This document shows positions 55,379-64,000 of a stretch of 64,000 nucleotides of DNA, in pieces. Both the position numbers and the translations under genes were made by a program. Position 1 is the first letter of the stretch. The number at the start of each line of letters is the position of its first letter. Source of the DNA: a virus (lineage: Duplodnaviria; Caudoviricetes); IMG/VR virus record IMGVR_UViG_3300003324_000863, positions 2,170 through 66,169 of that record, one strand, 5' to 3'. The notes beneath the pieces are model-generated. The model saw only the letters and a program-made list of their open reading frames with translations, ran no database searches and was not told the origin of the DNA.

Positions 55379-56071
55379 CTAGCTCCGGCGGACCACGTCT
55401 CCGTCCAACACGGCGAAGCCCTTGTCCACCATCTGCTGGATGATGCTCTCGTCGGCCAGGGCGGCCCCCACATCACCACCCTCTTCAGCGGCAACTCTCA
55501 TCCGCTGGATCCGGGTGAGCCCCTCGATCTTCTTCAGCACGTCACCCAGGGTCAGGTCGTCGAACTCCTTGGCGGCCGGGGGCTGGTAGGGCTGGGCGCT
55601 CACCCCGCCCTCACCCTGGTCCTTCCAGCTGGGATCCTTCCCGAGCGGCGCCAGGTTCTGAGCCAGGGCCTTCTGCTCTTCTGTCGCCAGGCCCACAGGG
55701 ATCGTCATGCGCACACCTTTGCCGCCGAACTTCCGGGTCCCGCGGATGAAGAGGCCGATCTTCCCGACGAGCTTGCCCTGCCCCACCGGGACGATCGATG
55801 CGTGCTCGCTCTTGGGGATGGCCTTCTTGAAGCCCTCGATGTACAGGCCCAGCTTGGACGTGGGGCTCGTCGAGTCGTTGGCCCGCTCATGGAACACCCC
55901 ACCCTCACTCTGGAGGGCGTAGTCCAGGGGCCGGATGGCGAAGTGCCACTGCTCCCCACTCTCGTTGTACTGGTTGGGGATGATCTCGTCGGCCACCACC
56001 AGGCCCACGAACGGATCGCTGTCCTTCTCCTCGAAGGTACTGGTCAGACCCACGTTGTCGAATGCGCCCAT
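55379..56071 (-). CDS. hypothetical replication protein, possible SSB
   Basis: Own promoter, RBS and terminator; lies among recombination genes. Function inferred from context only. Confidence 0.5.
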   Translation of the reverse strand: MGAFDNVGLTSTFEEKDSDPFVGLVVADEIIPNQYNESGEQWHFAIRPLDYALQSEGGVFHERANDSTSPTSKLGLYIEGFKKAIPKSEHASIVPVGQGKLVGKIGLFIRGTRKFGGKGVRMTIPVGLATEEQKALAQNLAPLGKDPSWKDQGEGGVSAQPYQPPAAKEFDDLTLGDVLKKIEGLTRIQRMRVAAEEGGDVGAALADESIIQQMVDKGFAVLDGDVVRRS

Positions 56072-56146
56072 ACTTCCTCCTTCTCACGCCCCTCTTGGGC
56101 GTCTCCTGTTTCACTTGGCTCTCAATTGTACACGATGGTTAAGCCA

Positions 56147-56350
56147 CTAAATCTTCACCTCCATCCCGGGGTGGAATAGCTCCGACAGCTTCTTCCACAT
56201 CTCCATCAGTGCCCCAGCCTCCCCGACGAACTCCATCCGGATCTCCATCTCATGGGCTGGAGGGATTACCGGAGCGCCCCCCAGTGCGTAGTGTCCATAG
56301 GTGGCCGACGACTTCATGTCCGCATCCATCTTCACGAGAATCGTCTTCAC
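56147..56350 (-). CDS. hypothetical protein
   Basis: GTG start overlapping the helicase stop. Confidence 0.5.
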   Translation of the reverse strand: MKTILVKMDADMKSSATYGHYALGGAPVIPPAHEMEIRMEFVGEAGALMEMWKKLSELFHPGMEVKI

Positions 56351-57822
56351 TTCACCACTGCCTCCAAGAACCAGTTGGGTAAGAACCTCTTCGCCGCGTG
56401 CTTGAACCACCCGAAGTTGGCATCACACAGGTACGTGATCCCCCAGTCATCCTCGGCCCGCATCGCCCGCCCGTAGGCTTGAACCAGGGCGCTTGCCGTG
56501 TCGTAGATGGCCATGTCCTTCCCGACCTGGCTCCTCGCCTGGGCTACCCTCACTGGATCTGACCGATCGGGGAAGGGCAGCTTGAGGATCACCTGGAACC
56601 GACACTGCTCGAACGGTGCATCGAACCCCACCATCGCACTAGGGGAGATCAATACCGCAGGGAACGTAGCACTTCGGTAGTTCCGGAACGTCTGCTCTCG
56701 GTCCTTGCTGTCGTGGCACAACAACCGATGCGTATTCCTCGAACGGCGTAAGACTTCCTGGGTCAGCCGGTAGCTCACGCTGTGGATGATCCCCTTGTCC
56801 CCCGGGTGCGCCTCCAGGATCCGGTCCACCTCCTCCACCAGGCTCGCGATCTCGTCCTCCCCCATCGATGCCGAGACCTTCGTAACTAATCTCAAGCGTA
56901 AGGGTCTTCGTTCCACTGGGAACGGCGAAGGTATATCGAAGAAGGCAGTCCGATCCATCGCCAACCCCAACTGCCGACAGAAGAGATATGGGTCCAGGAT
57001 GGTGGCGGACATAATAACGGCACGCTTTGACCAGGAGAGAATAGTCGGAGACGCCCACATCCCCGCCCACACGGGCTTCACGCTCCACCCGTAGGGTTCC
57101 TCGACCACGAGCCTTTCGCCTGAGCCATTCAAACACTGGACGTACTCCTCTACAGCCTTGGCCGACCGAGCATGTCTCTTGTCCTCCGTCTTGGGAATCT
57201 CGACCCGCTTTCCCCAAGCTCGCCACTCCTCGATCCCAGTTCCGCGCGGAGGATGTGGAGCGTCGACGGATGCAAGATCCCCCCGCTTGAGATCGCGAGC
57301 CATCCAACTAGACATCTCAGAAGCCAGCTCATGGCCCTCATCACACACGAGGAGCTCGGGCTTGAACCCGGAGTCTGGCTCCATGTTCCGGAGTGCGTAA
57401 CTGTAATTGGTCACCACCTCCCTACTCTGAATCGCTGCCCTCTTGGCATCGTAATAGCTACACCCAGGTAGCCCTGTCGGCCCGGCGTAGTCACAGGGGA
57501 TCCCGAAGGTGCAGTTCCCCCAGTCCGCCTGGAGTCTCTCATCGATCTTGCACCGGAAGTTCTGCCGGCCCCGCATGTCCACCATCCCACCCATGCTGAG
57601 GTACTGGTCCTGCAGCTGCTTGGTGCTGGTGAGGTACATGGTCTGGGACGGGCTGAGCATGCGGCTCACGAGGATGGCGATGGCGGTCTTCCCTACCCCC
57701 GGCGGCGCCTGGACCAGGACATGCTGCGCCCCATCCCTGAACTTCCTCACAATCTCCTGTGCCAGCTCGAGCTGCCCCTCCCGGAAGCTCTCGAATGGCA
57801 GGCCCCAATCACTCGGGGTCAT
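56347..57822 (-). CDS. DinG/XPD-family SF2 helicase
   Basis: FREGQ, APPGVGKT, four Cys (Fe-S), CDEGH, SAT, KLPFP and QAYGRAMR. Confidence 0.9.
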   Translation of the reverse strand: MTPSDWGLPFESFREGQLELAQEIVRKFRDGAQHVLVQAPPGVGKTAIAILVSRMLSPSQTMYLTSTKQLQDQYLSMGGMVDMRGRQNFRCKIDERLQADWGNCTFGIPCDYAGPTGLPGCSYYDAKRAAIQSREVVTNYSYALRNMEPDSGFKPELLVCDEGHELASEMSSWMARDLKRGDLASVDAPHPPRGTGIEEWRAWGKRVEIPKTEDKRHARSAKAVEEYVQCLNGSGERLVVEEPYGWSVKPVWAGMWASPTILSWSKRAVIMSATILDPYLFCRQLGLAMDRTAFFDIPSPFPVERRPLRLRLVTKVSASMGEDEIASLVEEVDRILEAHPGDKGIIHSVSYRLTQEVLRRSRNTHRLLCHDSKDREQTFRNYRSATFPAVLISPSAMVGFDAPFEQCRFQVILKLPFPDRSDPVRVAQARSQVGKDMAIYDTASALVQAYGRAMRAEDDWGITYLCDANFGWFKHAAKRFLPNWFLEAVVK

Positions 57823-58022
57823 TCGGTGTTCTGCCTGATCTCACTCGTGACAGGGTCGACATCTATGAATCCAAGCTCATCGTGTGTGATGAGATGGTTG
57901 TCAGTTCCCCAGGGTGATGCATTACTCCAGATACTGATCCCGTGGTCCTCACCTTCGTACACGTCGACCAGGGCATTCCCGGGGTACTTCTGCAACTCCT
58001 CGATCAGCTCGTCTACGGTCAT
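57819..58022 (-). CDS. hypothetical protein
   Basis: MTVDELIEELQKYP, a common phage motif. Confidence 0.65.
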   Translation of the reverse strand: MTVDELIEELQKYPGNALVDVYEGEDHGISIWSNASPWGTDNHLITHDELGFIDVDPVTSEIRQNTE

Positions 58023-58453
58023 TCGTCCTCCTCTCTGGATAAGAGCTTAATCACCCCGTCGACCCGGTGGAAGTGCATCCCGTCCCACTGGTAGTAGCCC
58101 CCGTTGATGGCGGGCCGCTCGATGTAGATCCCCAGGGGCTCGTGCCGGTGGTCCTCCTCCCAGTGCTGGGCCATGAACGCCACGGCCTCCAGGAACGGGG
58201 AGATGTCCGACTCCTCATACTCCCAGGCCTGGTCGACATACCCCGTCAGCTCGGGCCAGGGCGAGTCCTCGGTGTCCCGATGCTGCCGGAAGATATGGAT
58301 CGCCCCGGGACTCAGGCTCCAGACATGTCCCTCGATCTCACTGGAGAGCCCCACGTTCCCCGGGTTCGAGATGACCACCGTCCGCTCGATCGGGGACCAG
58401 TGAAAGATCCGGAGGGTCAGTCCACCCTCGAGCTGGATCTCCTCCTTGGGCAC
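58019..58453 (-). CDS. hypothetical protein
   Basis: GTG start with GAGG RBS. Confidence 0.55.
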   Translation of the reverse strand: MPKEEIQLEGGLTLRIFHWSPIERTVVISNPGNVGLSSEIEGHVWSLSPGAIHIFRQHRDTEDSPWPELTGYVDQAWEYEESDISPFLEAVAFMAQHWEEDHRHEPLGIYIERPAINGGYYQWDGMHFHRVDGVIKLLSREEDE

Positions 58454-58472
58454 GCCTCTGTGCCCATCGCCG

Positions 58473-58730
58473 TCACCGTCCTGCATGCGTCAGCCACCTC
58501 CATGCCTTGGGGCCCCAGACATCGATGGTCCAGGGATGTGCTTCCTTCCGCACCTCGTCGACGACCTTGAGCTGCGCGATGGCTCCCATCGTGTACCCAA
58601 TTCGGAACAGCATCTCCTGGTCGGCAACCGTTCCCATCCCGATCTGGCACTGGACAAACTTCCAGTCGTTGGTGAGATGAGCTTCCCATAGGCGGTCTGC
58701 GATGGTCATCTCCTTATCCGGCTTGGGCAA
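58473..58730 (-). CDS. hypothetical protein
   Basis: Overlaps the polymerase stop. Confidence 0.5.
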   Translation of the reverse strand: MPKPDKEMTIADRLWEAHLTNDWKFVQCQIGMGTVADQEMLFRIGYTMGAIAQLKVVDEVRKEAHPWTIDVWGPKAWRWLTHAGR

Positions 58731-61011
58731 GGTAGACCTCCAAGGGTTCCTGATCGACCCAGTTCGGGCCCGCCGTCACCTCGACGACTAGGGGCACCAT
58801 CACCTCAGGAGCCCCGCACTCTGCTCCGATCCGCTGCATCGCTTCGCCCACCTCCTTCACCGCCCCTATGGGCACCTCAGCATTGACCTCATCGTGAACC
58901 TGGAGCACCGGCACTGCATCGTAGTAGTCGAACACCTCCTGCATCTGGGCCATCCACCGCTTGATGATCCCCGCTTCCGTTGCCTGGATGGGCATGTTCG
59001 CCGCCTCCCTCAAGGCTGCCGCCTTCTCCCGGTAGATCGGGCTGAAGTACTGGGGGTAGTAGTTCATCCATCCGTACTTGCTCTCCACATACCCATGCAT
59101 CTCGAGGAACCGTTCCACCGTCTCGGGCCACTCCAGGAAGGCGGGCATCCTGGTCTTGATGGTCTTGAGGAACGCATCCGCCTCCCCTGCCGGGACGCCC
59201 GCTGTGACCGCCAGCTTATCGATCGCTACTCCGAACATGACTGCGAACAGGCTGTTCTTCGCCGGCTTCCGATCGATCCCGAGCATATCCGCCGCAGCCT
59301 GATGGACGTCCTGGCCCGTTCGATACGCTTCCAGAAGGACGGGCTCCTGGGTGTAGTCCGCGAAGACCCGAACCTGTAGCTGAGAAAAGTCACCGTGTAC
59401 CCAGACGTGGCCGGGTCGAGCGACAAATGCACGTCGTAGTTGCTTGCCAAGATCAGTCCGTGCCGGAACGTTCTGCAGATTAGGCTTGCTCGAGCTGAGC
59501 CGATCCGTATCTGTAACTGTCTGGTGGTACTGGGTGTGGACCCGGCCCTCGCCATCCCGCAGAGCCAGGAGCTTTCGGACGTAAGTGGATCGGAACTTGA
59601 TGAGGCCACGTCGATCGAGAACCGCCTGAGCAAACTCCCGAACATCCTCGCCCAGCTCACCCTTGACCACCTCCTCCAATACAGCCTCATCGACGCAGAT
59701 CTTCCCGGTCTCGGTGAACTTCTTCGGCACCCATCCCCTGGCCATGAGCCACTCGGCTACCTGCTCGTTGGACCCGGGGTTCTCGATGTCCGCGTTCGCT
59801 TTCAGGAGACCGTCACAATCATCGAGCGCTTCGTTGGCCCACTCTTCCAGACCTGCAAGGATATCCGGATCGACCAGCACCCCGGCAGATTCCATGCGGT
59901 GAAGGATCGGGACCACGGGCTTCTCGAACTCCAGGTAGTAACGTCGCCTGGGCGGGTCCCGATCCAGGAGTTCTCGAATGATCTCCCAGCACCGGGCAGT
60001 AACCACCGCGTCAAGAATCGCATACTCCACCCCTGACTCGTAATCCTCTTCCAGGACCTGACTGAACTTCCGGCCCTTAGCCACCTCGTTGAACGTCCGC
60101 ATCTGCATCCGGGTCAGCTTCGGGCCCAGCTCCTTCAGTGCGTGGGGGAGCCGGAGCACGTACGCGGCGAGGAGTACGTCCTCCCAGTTCACCTCGTCGA
60201 ACCCGAGCCCCATCTTCGGGAGGTCTGCCCGGATATGAGCGAACGCGGTGGTCTTCTCTCTGGCCCGGAGCTTCTCCTGGATGAACGGGAGCTGGTCCGC
60301 AGTCCAGAGGTACCCGCACCACGGCGCCGCTACCTGTACCGACACCAGCGTATCCTGCCCGGCCACGTCCCCCTTGTCCGCGGTATCGTACTCCGTGTCC
60401 ACCCCGAGCACGTCGGCCGTCCAGTTGGCGTACTGCGTCCACGGTTCTGGCTCGGGCAGCTGCTCCGGTGTCACCCCGACCAGTTCCTCCACGATCCGTC
60501 TGATCTCCGCTTCCCATGCCGTCCGCTTCCCCGGACTCCGGAGGATGTACGCCGGGTGGTAGACGTGGGCCACCATCCCCTCGTACCCCGTGTCCTCGAG
60601 CACCTTGGCCAAGCCCTTCTCACTGACCTCACCAAGACATAGGATGAGTCGTGGCTTCAGCTTCAGGATCTCGTAGGCCAGGTACGGGGAGCAGTTCTCC
60701 ACCTCCTCGGCCGTCGGCTTCCGATCGCCCCCGCCTTTCGGGTTCTTCCCGGGGTAGCACCGCACGGCGTTCGTGTACCAGGTGCTGAGAAGTGGGAGGT
60801 GCTGCTCCATGCAAACGGTGCCGATGATTGTCGCCAACACTGGCCGGATGAGCTGCCCCGCCTGTCCTGCGAACGGGTATCCTAGCTGGTCTTCCGTCCA
60901 TCCCGGTGCCTGGCCGATGCACAGGATGTCCACCTTCTCCGGCGGGACCGGGCTCACCACCCTACTCCTGGTCTCGCACATGCTGGGGCACAAAGAACAC
61001 GTCTGATTCAT
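58714..61011 (-). CDS. family A DNA polymerase with N-terminal family-4-like uracil-DNA glycosylase domain
   Basis: UDG: CxxC, GQAPG..ED..PF, HPAY. Exonuclease: DTE, YAILD. Polymerase: RLSSSKPNLQN, DFSQ, K..F..FG, VHDE. Confidence 0.92.
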   Translation of the reverse strand: MNQTCSLCPSMCETRSRVVSPVPPEKVDILCIGQAPGWTEDQLGYPFAGQAGQLIRPVLATIIGTVCMEQHLPLLSTWYTNAVRCYPGKNPKGGGDRKPTAEEVENCSPYLAYEILKLKPRLILCLGEVSEKGLAKVLEDTGYEGMVAHVYHPAYILRSPGKRTAWEAEIRRIVEELVGVTPEQLPEPEPWTQYANWTADVLGVDTEYDTADKGDVAGQDTLVSVQVAAPWCGYLWTADQLPFIQEKLRAREKTTAFAHIRADLPKMGLGFDEVNWEDVLLAAYVLRLPHALKELGPKLTRMQMRTFNEVAKGRKFSQVLEEDYESGVEYAILDAVVTARCWEIIRELLDRDPPRRRYYLEFEKPVVPILHRMESAGVLVDPDILAGLEEWANEALDDCDGLLKANADIENPGSNEQVAEWLMARGWVPKKFTETGKICVDEAVLEEVVKGELGEDVREFAQAVLDRRGLIKFRSTYVRKLLALRDGEGRVHTQYHQTVTDTDRLSSSKPNLQNVPARTDLGKQLRRAFVARPGHVWVHGDFSQLQVRVFADYTQEPVLLEAYRTGQDVHQAAADMLGIDRKPAKNSLFAVMFGVAIDKLAVTAGVPAGEADAFLKTIKTRMPAFLEWPETVERFLEMHGYVESKYGWMNYYPQYFSPIYREKAAALREAANMPIQATEAGIIKRWMAQMQEVFDYYDAVPVLQVHDEVNAEVPIGAVKEVGEAMQRIGAECGAPEVMVPLVVEVTAGPNWVDQEPLEVYLAQAG

Positions 61012-61027
61012 CCCCCTCCTCGTCCTC

Positions 61028-61255
61028 CTAGAGTCCTGGTCTTGGGGTGATCCGCACCCTCGGTCTCTCCTCCTCGACCCGCATGGTCTCCCGGAAGTAG
61101 GAGATCAAGAGCCCCCGGACGAACTCACTCCTGGTCTGGCCGTACTCGTACCGTAGCTCGTCGATCCGCTTGAGCACCGAGGCGGGCAGCCGGAACGTGA
61201 TTCGCTGGTCCTGCTTCACTACCCGGTACCGCTTGTTCACCTTCGCCGTGGTCAT
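61028..61255 (-). CDS. ribbon-helix-helix DNA-binding protein
   Basis: RITFRLPASVLKRIDEL..TRSEFVR. Confidence 0.8.
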   Translation of the reverse strand: MTTAKVNKRYRVVKQDQRITFRLPASVLKRIDELRYEYGQTRSEFVRGLLISYFRETMRVEEERPRVRITPRPGL

Positions 61256-61518
61256 CCGTGGATCTCGCGGCGGATCACGTAGTCGACGGACCGTTGCAGC
61301 CCGAGTATCCGGATGGCCTGCTCCAGGTCCCTGATCCGCTGCGCTGCTTCCATGGCCAGGCTTGCGGGCACATGGTCGCCGGTACAGACCGAGTCACCGG
61401 CATTCCAGTCATCCGGGTATGTTGGGTAGCCGAGGGCCTTGCCGAGGATCTGGTCGATCTCATGGTCGGACCTGATCCAGGCCTCGAGCACCTCTTCCTT
61501 CGTCTCGTCTCCCCTCAT
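61252..61518 (-). CDS. hypothetical protein
   Basis: Coupled ORF. Confidence 0.6.
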   Translation of the reverse strand: MRGDETKEEVLEAWIRSDHEIDQILGKALGYPTYPDDWNAGDSVCTGDHVPASLAMEAAQRIRDLEQAIRILGLQRSVDYVIRREIHG

Positions 61519-61805
61519 ACGTGCCGCCCCACGCCCGTCCCATCAGCGATCCACTTCCGGGCACGGTTCTTCCGCATCTTCTGGTCGATCGCCTCGTGCA
61601 GGTCCAGGCCCATGGTGCTGGCCAGCTGGTACAGGACGATTACCACATCGGCCATCTCCTCGGCCACATAGTCATCCGGCTTGGTCTTGGCCACAGCGGT
61701 CAGCAGCTCGGCCATCTCCTCGTTCGCACGGGCCGCTGCGACGATGGGCTCCGGACTCCCGAAGGTCACCGTCGTCCAGGCGGCTACGCTATCCTGTGTC
61801 TCCAT
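61515..61805 (-). CDS. MazG-like NTP pyrophosphohydrolase
   Basis: W...TFG..EEMAEL..EEMADV..KMRKNRARKW. Confidence 0.85.
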   Translation of the reverse strand: METQDSVAAWTTVTFGSPEPIVAAARANEEMAELLTAVAKTKPDDYVAEEMADVVIVLYQLASTMGLDLHEAIDQKMRKNRARKWIADGTGVGRHV

Positions 61806-61966
61806 CACTCCTCCTCCAGTCGGCAGGCCCCATGCTGGCAGCTCGTCCAACACCGCCGACAGATCCCCGTGCCGTTCGGGTTCTGGGTCTCGTACTCCTG
61901 TCCGCAGCAGCCGCAGAGCATCAGGTGCCAAGGCTGCTCCGTCTTGCGGTAGTCCCGCCGCCTCAT
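61805..61966 (-). CDS. small Cys-rich protein
   Basis: CGCCG..CRRC. Confidence 0.45.
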   Translation of the reverse strand: MRRRDYRKTEQPWHLMLCGCCGQEYETQNPNGTGICRRCWTSCQHGACRLEEE

Positions 61967-62054
61967 CGCCACCAGCCCAGGACGATCCACACGCCGAGGA
62001 ACACCCAGGTCTGCGCTGCTCCCACGACGATCAGGTTCGCTAACCCGATCCGTC

Positions 62055-62270
62055 TCATCCGAGCACCGTGTCCAGGGCCCGCTCCAGGACGTCATCCTCG
62101 ACCCCGTACACATCGCCCTGCGGGTTCCCGAGGCAGACGTAGATGAGCTGGGTCAGTCGCAGATCTGGGAACCGGCGCCAGTGCTCCCGGACCTTGTCCA
62201 GCATCCGGTCGATCCGCTCCGGGTCCCGCTCATAGGCCGTGGTCCTCGGCGCCTCAGCGAGCATGCGCAT
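62055..62270 (-). CDS. conserved phage hypothetical protein
   Basis: RDPERIDRML..W..PDLRLTQL..VEDD. Confidence 0.7.
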   Translation of the reverse strand: MRMLAEAPRTTAYERDPERIDRMLDKVREHWRRFPDLRLTQLIYVCLGNPQGDVYGVEDDVLERALDTVLG

Positions 62271-62628
62271 GGTACGTCTCCCGCACGGCGAGGAACAGCT
62301 CCTTCTTCTCGAGCTCCAGGTCGACCATGAAGTCCGGCTTGCCCTCCGCCGCGGCCTTGAGCGCCCGACCCACGGCGATGCGGTAGCCCAGCTTGTGGTT
62401 GTAGTTGTCCCGCTCGTGGCACTTCGCCTTGCCTACGAAGCACTCGCCCCGCTTGGACACTACGACGGCAACGTGGACCGTGTTCCAGTCAGCGACGAGC
62501 TGCCCGTGAAAGTAGTTGAGCGACTTGGCTTCCGTGCGGAAGTGCTCGATGTCCTTGATGGGGCCGATGGTGAACTGGGCCCGGGTCAGCCACCGGTCCG
62601 CCGACTTCGGTACTGCGATCACGTTCAC
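62254..62628 (-). CDS. conserved phage hypothetical protein
   Basis: GKAKCHERDNYNHKLGYRIAVGRA. Confidence 0.7.
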   Translation of the reverse strand: MNVIAVPKSADRWLTRAQFTIGPIKDIEHFRTEAKSLNYFHGQLVADWNTVHVAVVVSKRGECFVGKAKCHERDNYNHKLGYRIAVGRALKAAAEGKPDFMVDLELEKKELFLAVRETYHAHAR

Positions 62629-62635
62629 CCTCCCT

Positions 62636-62872
62636 TCAGCGATTGACCACGATCAGGAGCGCCGAGACGAAGGCGATCGCCAGGACCCCAATCCCGGTCA
62701 TCCACGCCACGGCCTCCCCGAACACGGCCGTCCGATCCCCGCTGCCGGCGCAGTACCCGTTGTGGTACCCCGCCACATACGCCCGCTCGATCTCGTCATC
62801 AACCTGGTCATCGTACTCCTGGACCGCCTCCTGGGATTCCTCCAACTCCTTGACCTCGTCGTACCCAATCAC
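62636..62872 (-). CDS. small membrane protein
   Basis: C-terminal TM segment. Confidence 0.5.
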   Translation of the reverse strand: MIGYDEVKELEESQEAVQEYDDQVDDEIERAYVAGYHNGYCAGSGDRTAVFGEAVAWMTGIGVLAIAFVSALLIVVNR

Positions 62873-63405
62873 ACGATTCCCCTTTCCGATCCGAAGATCT
62901 CCTCGTCCCACTCCCCGCCATCGAGGATGTACCCCACGACTGGCAGCCCCGTGAAGTCCACCGCTGCCTTGGTATCGCCCGCCTTGGCGAAGTCGGCCAG
63001 CGTCTCCTCGACCACCTCCTTGGCGCGGTCTTCTTGCCCCGTCTTCAGCAAGACCAGCAGCTCGTCTCTCGCCATCCTAAGAAAAGCCTGCTCCCGCTCC
63101 CGCTCGTCCTTCAGCTGGGCGTAGCGGGCCATGGTCTGGTACTGCTGGAGCCGCCGCTTGTAATCCTCGGGCACGTACCCCTCGGCGTAGGCTTCCTGCA
63201 AGGCATGCAGGCTCTGGTAGAGCATCTCCCGCACGACCATTGCCTGGCTTTCCAGCCGCAGCTCGGGGCAGTGCTGCGCCCAGGTGATCATCTCGAACAA
63301 TTCGTTGTTGATACAGATGTGCAGGTCCCGGCTCTTCGAGACCTGGTGCAGGTGGGGGTGAAGCGCGAACTCCCCCAGGTTAAGCACGTATTCCTTCGTG
63401 GACAA
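62869..63405 (-). CDS. hypothetical protein
   Basis: GGAGG RBS. Confidence 0.6.
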   Translation of the reverse strand: MSTKEYVLNLGEFALHPHLHQVSKSRDLHICINNELFEMITWAQHCPELRLESQAMVVREMLYQSLHALQEAYAEGYVPEDYKRRLQQYQTMARYAQLKDEREREQAFLRMARDELLVLLKTGQEDRAKEVVEETLADFAKAGDTKAAVDFTGLPVVGYILDGGEWDEEIFGSERGIV

Positions 63406-63482
63406 CTATCCTCCGGGTCTTCTGATACCGGGGTCAGTGCTATCGCCCGTCTCCGGGCCTCTCCGCGCGTCTGGTGCAATGT

Positions 63483-63842
63483 CTAGAGGGTGGCCGCGGC
63501 GCGCTTCAGAGTCTCGATCCGCCATGCCTGGAAGCTGGTCAGCTCGGGGTGGTGAGGCAAGACGTGCTCTTGCCACTGGCGGGTCACGATATCCCGGATG
63601 GCACACCCCACCCCTGTCCATGGGTTCGTGGGGCTTGGCCTTCCCCAGACATACTCTGGATTCTCGAAGTCACGGGCCGTGCTGGCCATGTCGTTTAGGA
63701 CGTACCGGACCTCCTTCACTGAGGACCAGGCATACTCCCTTCCCTGCTCGGCCTTCCAGGCATCGATGCCCCCAACCGCCGCCCGTGCCAGGTCCTCCTC
63801 GAACTGGGGATCGTACACCAGGTGCGCCGTCTCCTCTGCCAT
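63483..63842 (-). CDS. hypothetical protein
   Basis: MAEETAHLV start. Confidence 0.5.
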   Translation of the reverse strand: MAEETAHLVYDPQFEEDLARAAVGGIDAWKAEQGREYAWSSVKEVRYVLNDMASTARDFENPEYVWGRPSPTNPWTGVGCAIRDIVTRQWQEHVLPHHPELTSFQAWRIETLKRAAATL

Positions 63843-64000
63843 CACGCCACCCCCGTGAGCTGGTCGATCCGCTTGCTCACCATGTTGAGGACGTCCAGCT
63901 CCCAGGCCTTCGGGTCCTCGACCGGCGTCCGCTCCAGCTGCAGGTCCATGATGGTCTTCATCTGCCGGGCGATCGTGGACCACCGGTTCCCCCCCCCCCC

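Noticed and set aside
1-64000. CRISPR array, tRNA or rRNA genes, diversity-generating retroelement, genetic-code reassignment
   Set aside because: I saw no regularly spaced repeat-spacer array, cloverleaf, reverse transcriptase or TR/VR pair. Known genes are intact in the standard code, with TAG, TGA and TAA all used as stops.
63988-64000. Terminal poly-C run
   Set aside because: It lies at the window edge and is probably an assembly or read artefact; it cannot be interpreted.

Overview
The window is a GC-rich, gene-dense segment, probably most of the genome, of a temperate long-tailed dsDNA phage. No host housekeeping genes are present. A secreted CAP protein with a Pro/Thr linker hints at a Chloroflexota-like host (inference). 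Layout: leftward early region (1-10.1 kb); tyrosine integrase plus a DGQHR/DndB-like protein; virion and packaging genes split into alternating-strand blocks; lysis genes; and a leftward replication and nucleotide-metabolism arm. Top leads: (1) an early PPDK-like His-swivel phosphotransferase coupled to a PTP-type phosphatase that the ORF track misses; (2) about 19 dispersed WTAAG-N2/3-CTTAW palindromes, with a DGQHR protein sitting where a repressor is expected; (3) a five-copy element with compensatory stem changes, two copies of which are promoter-driven and bracket the large terminase; (4) a UDG-PolA fusion with paired E710Q/Y766F-equivalent changes, near a YkgJ-Gp88-YkgJ cassette; (5) terminator-containing leaders in front of late operons. 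All assignments come from motif recognition by eye; no searches were run.
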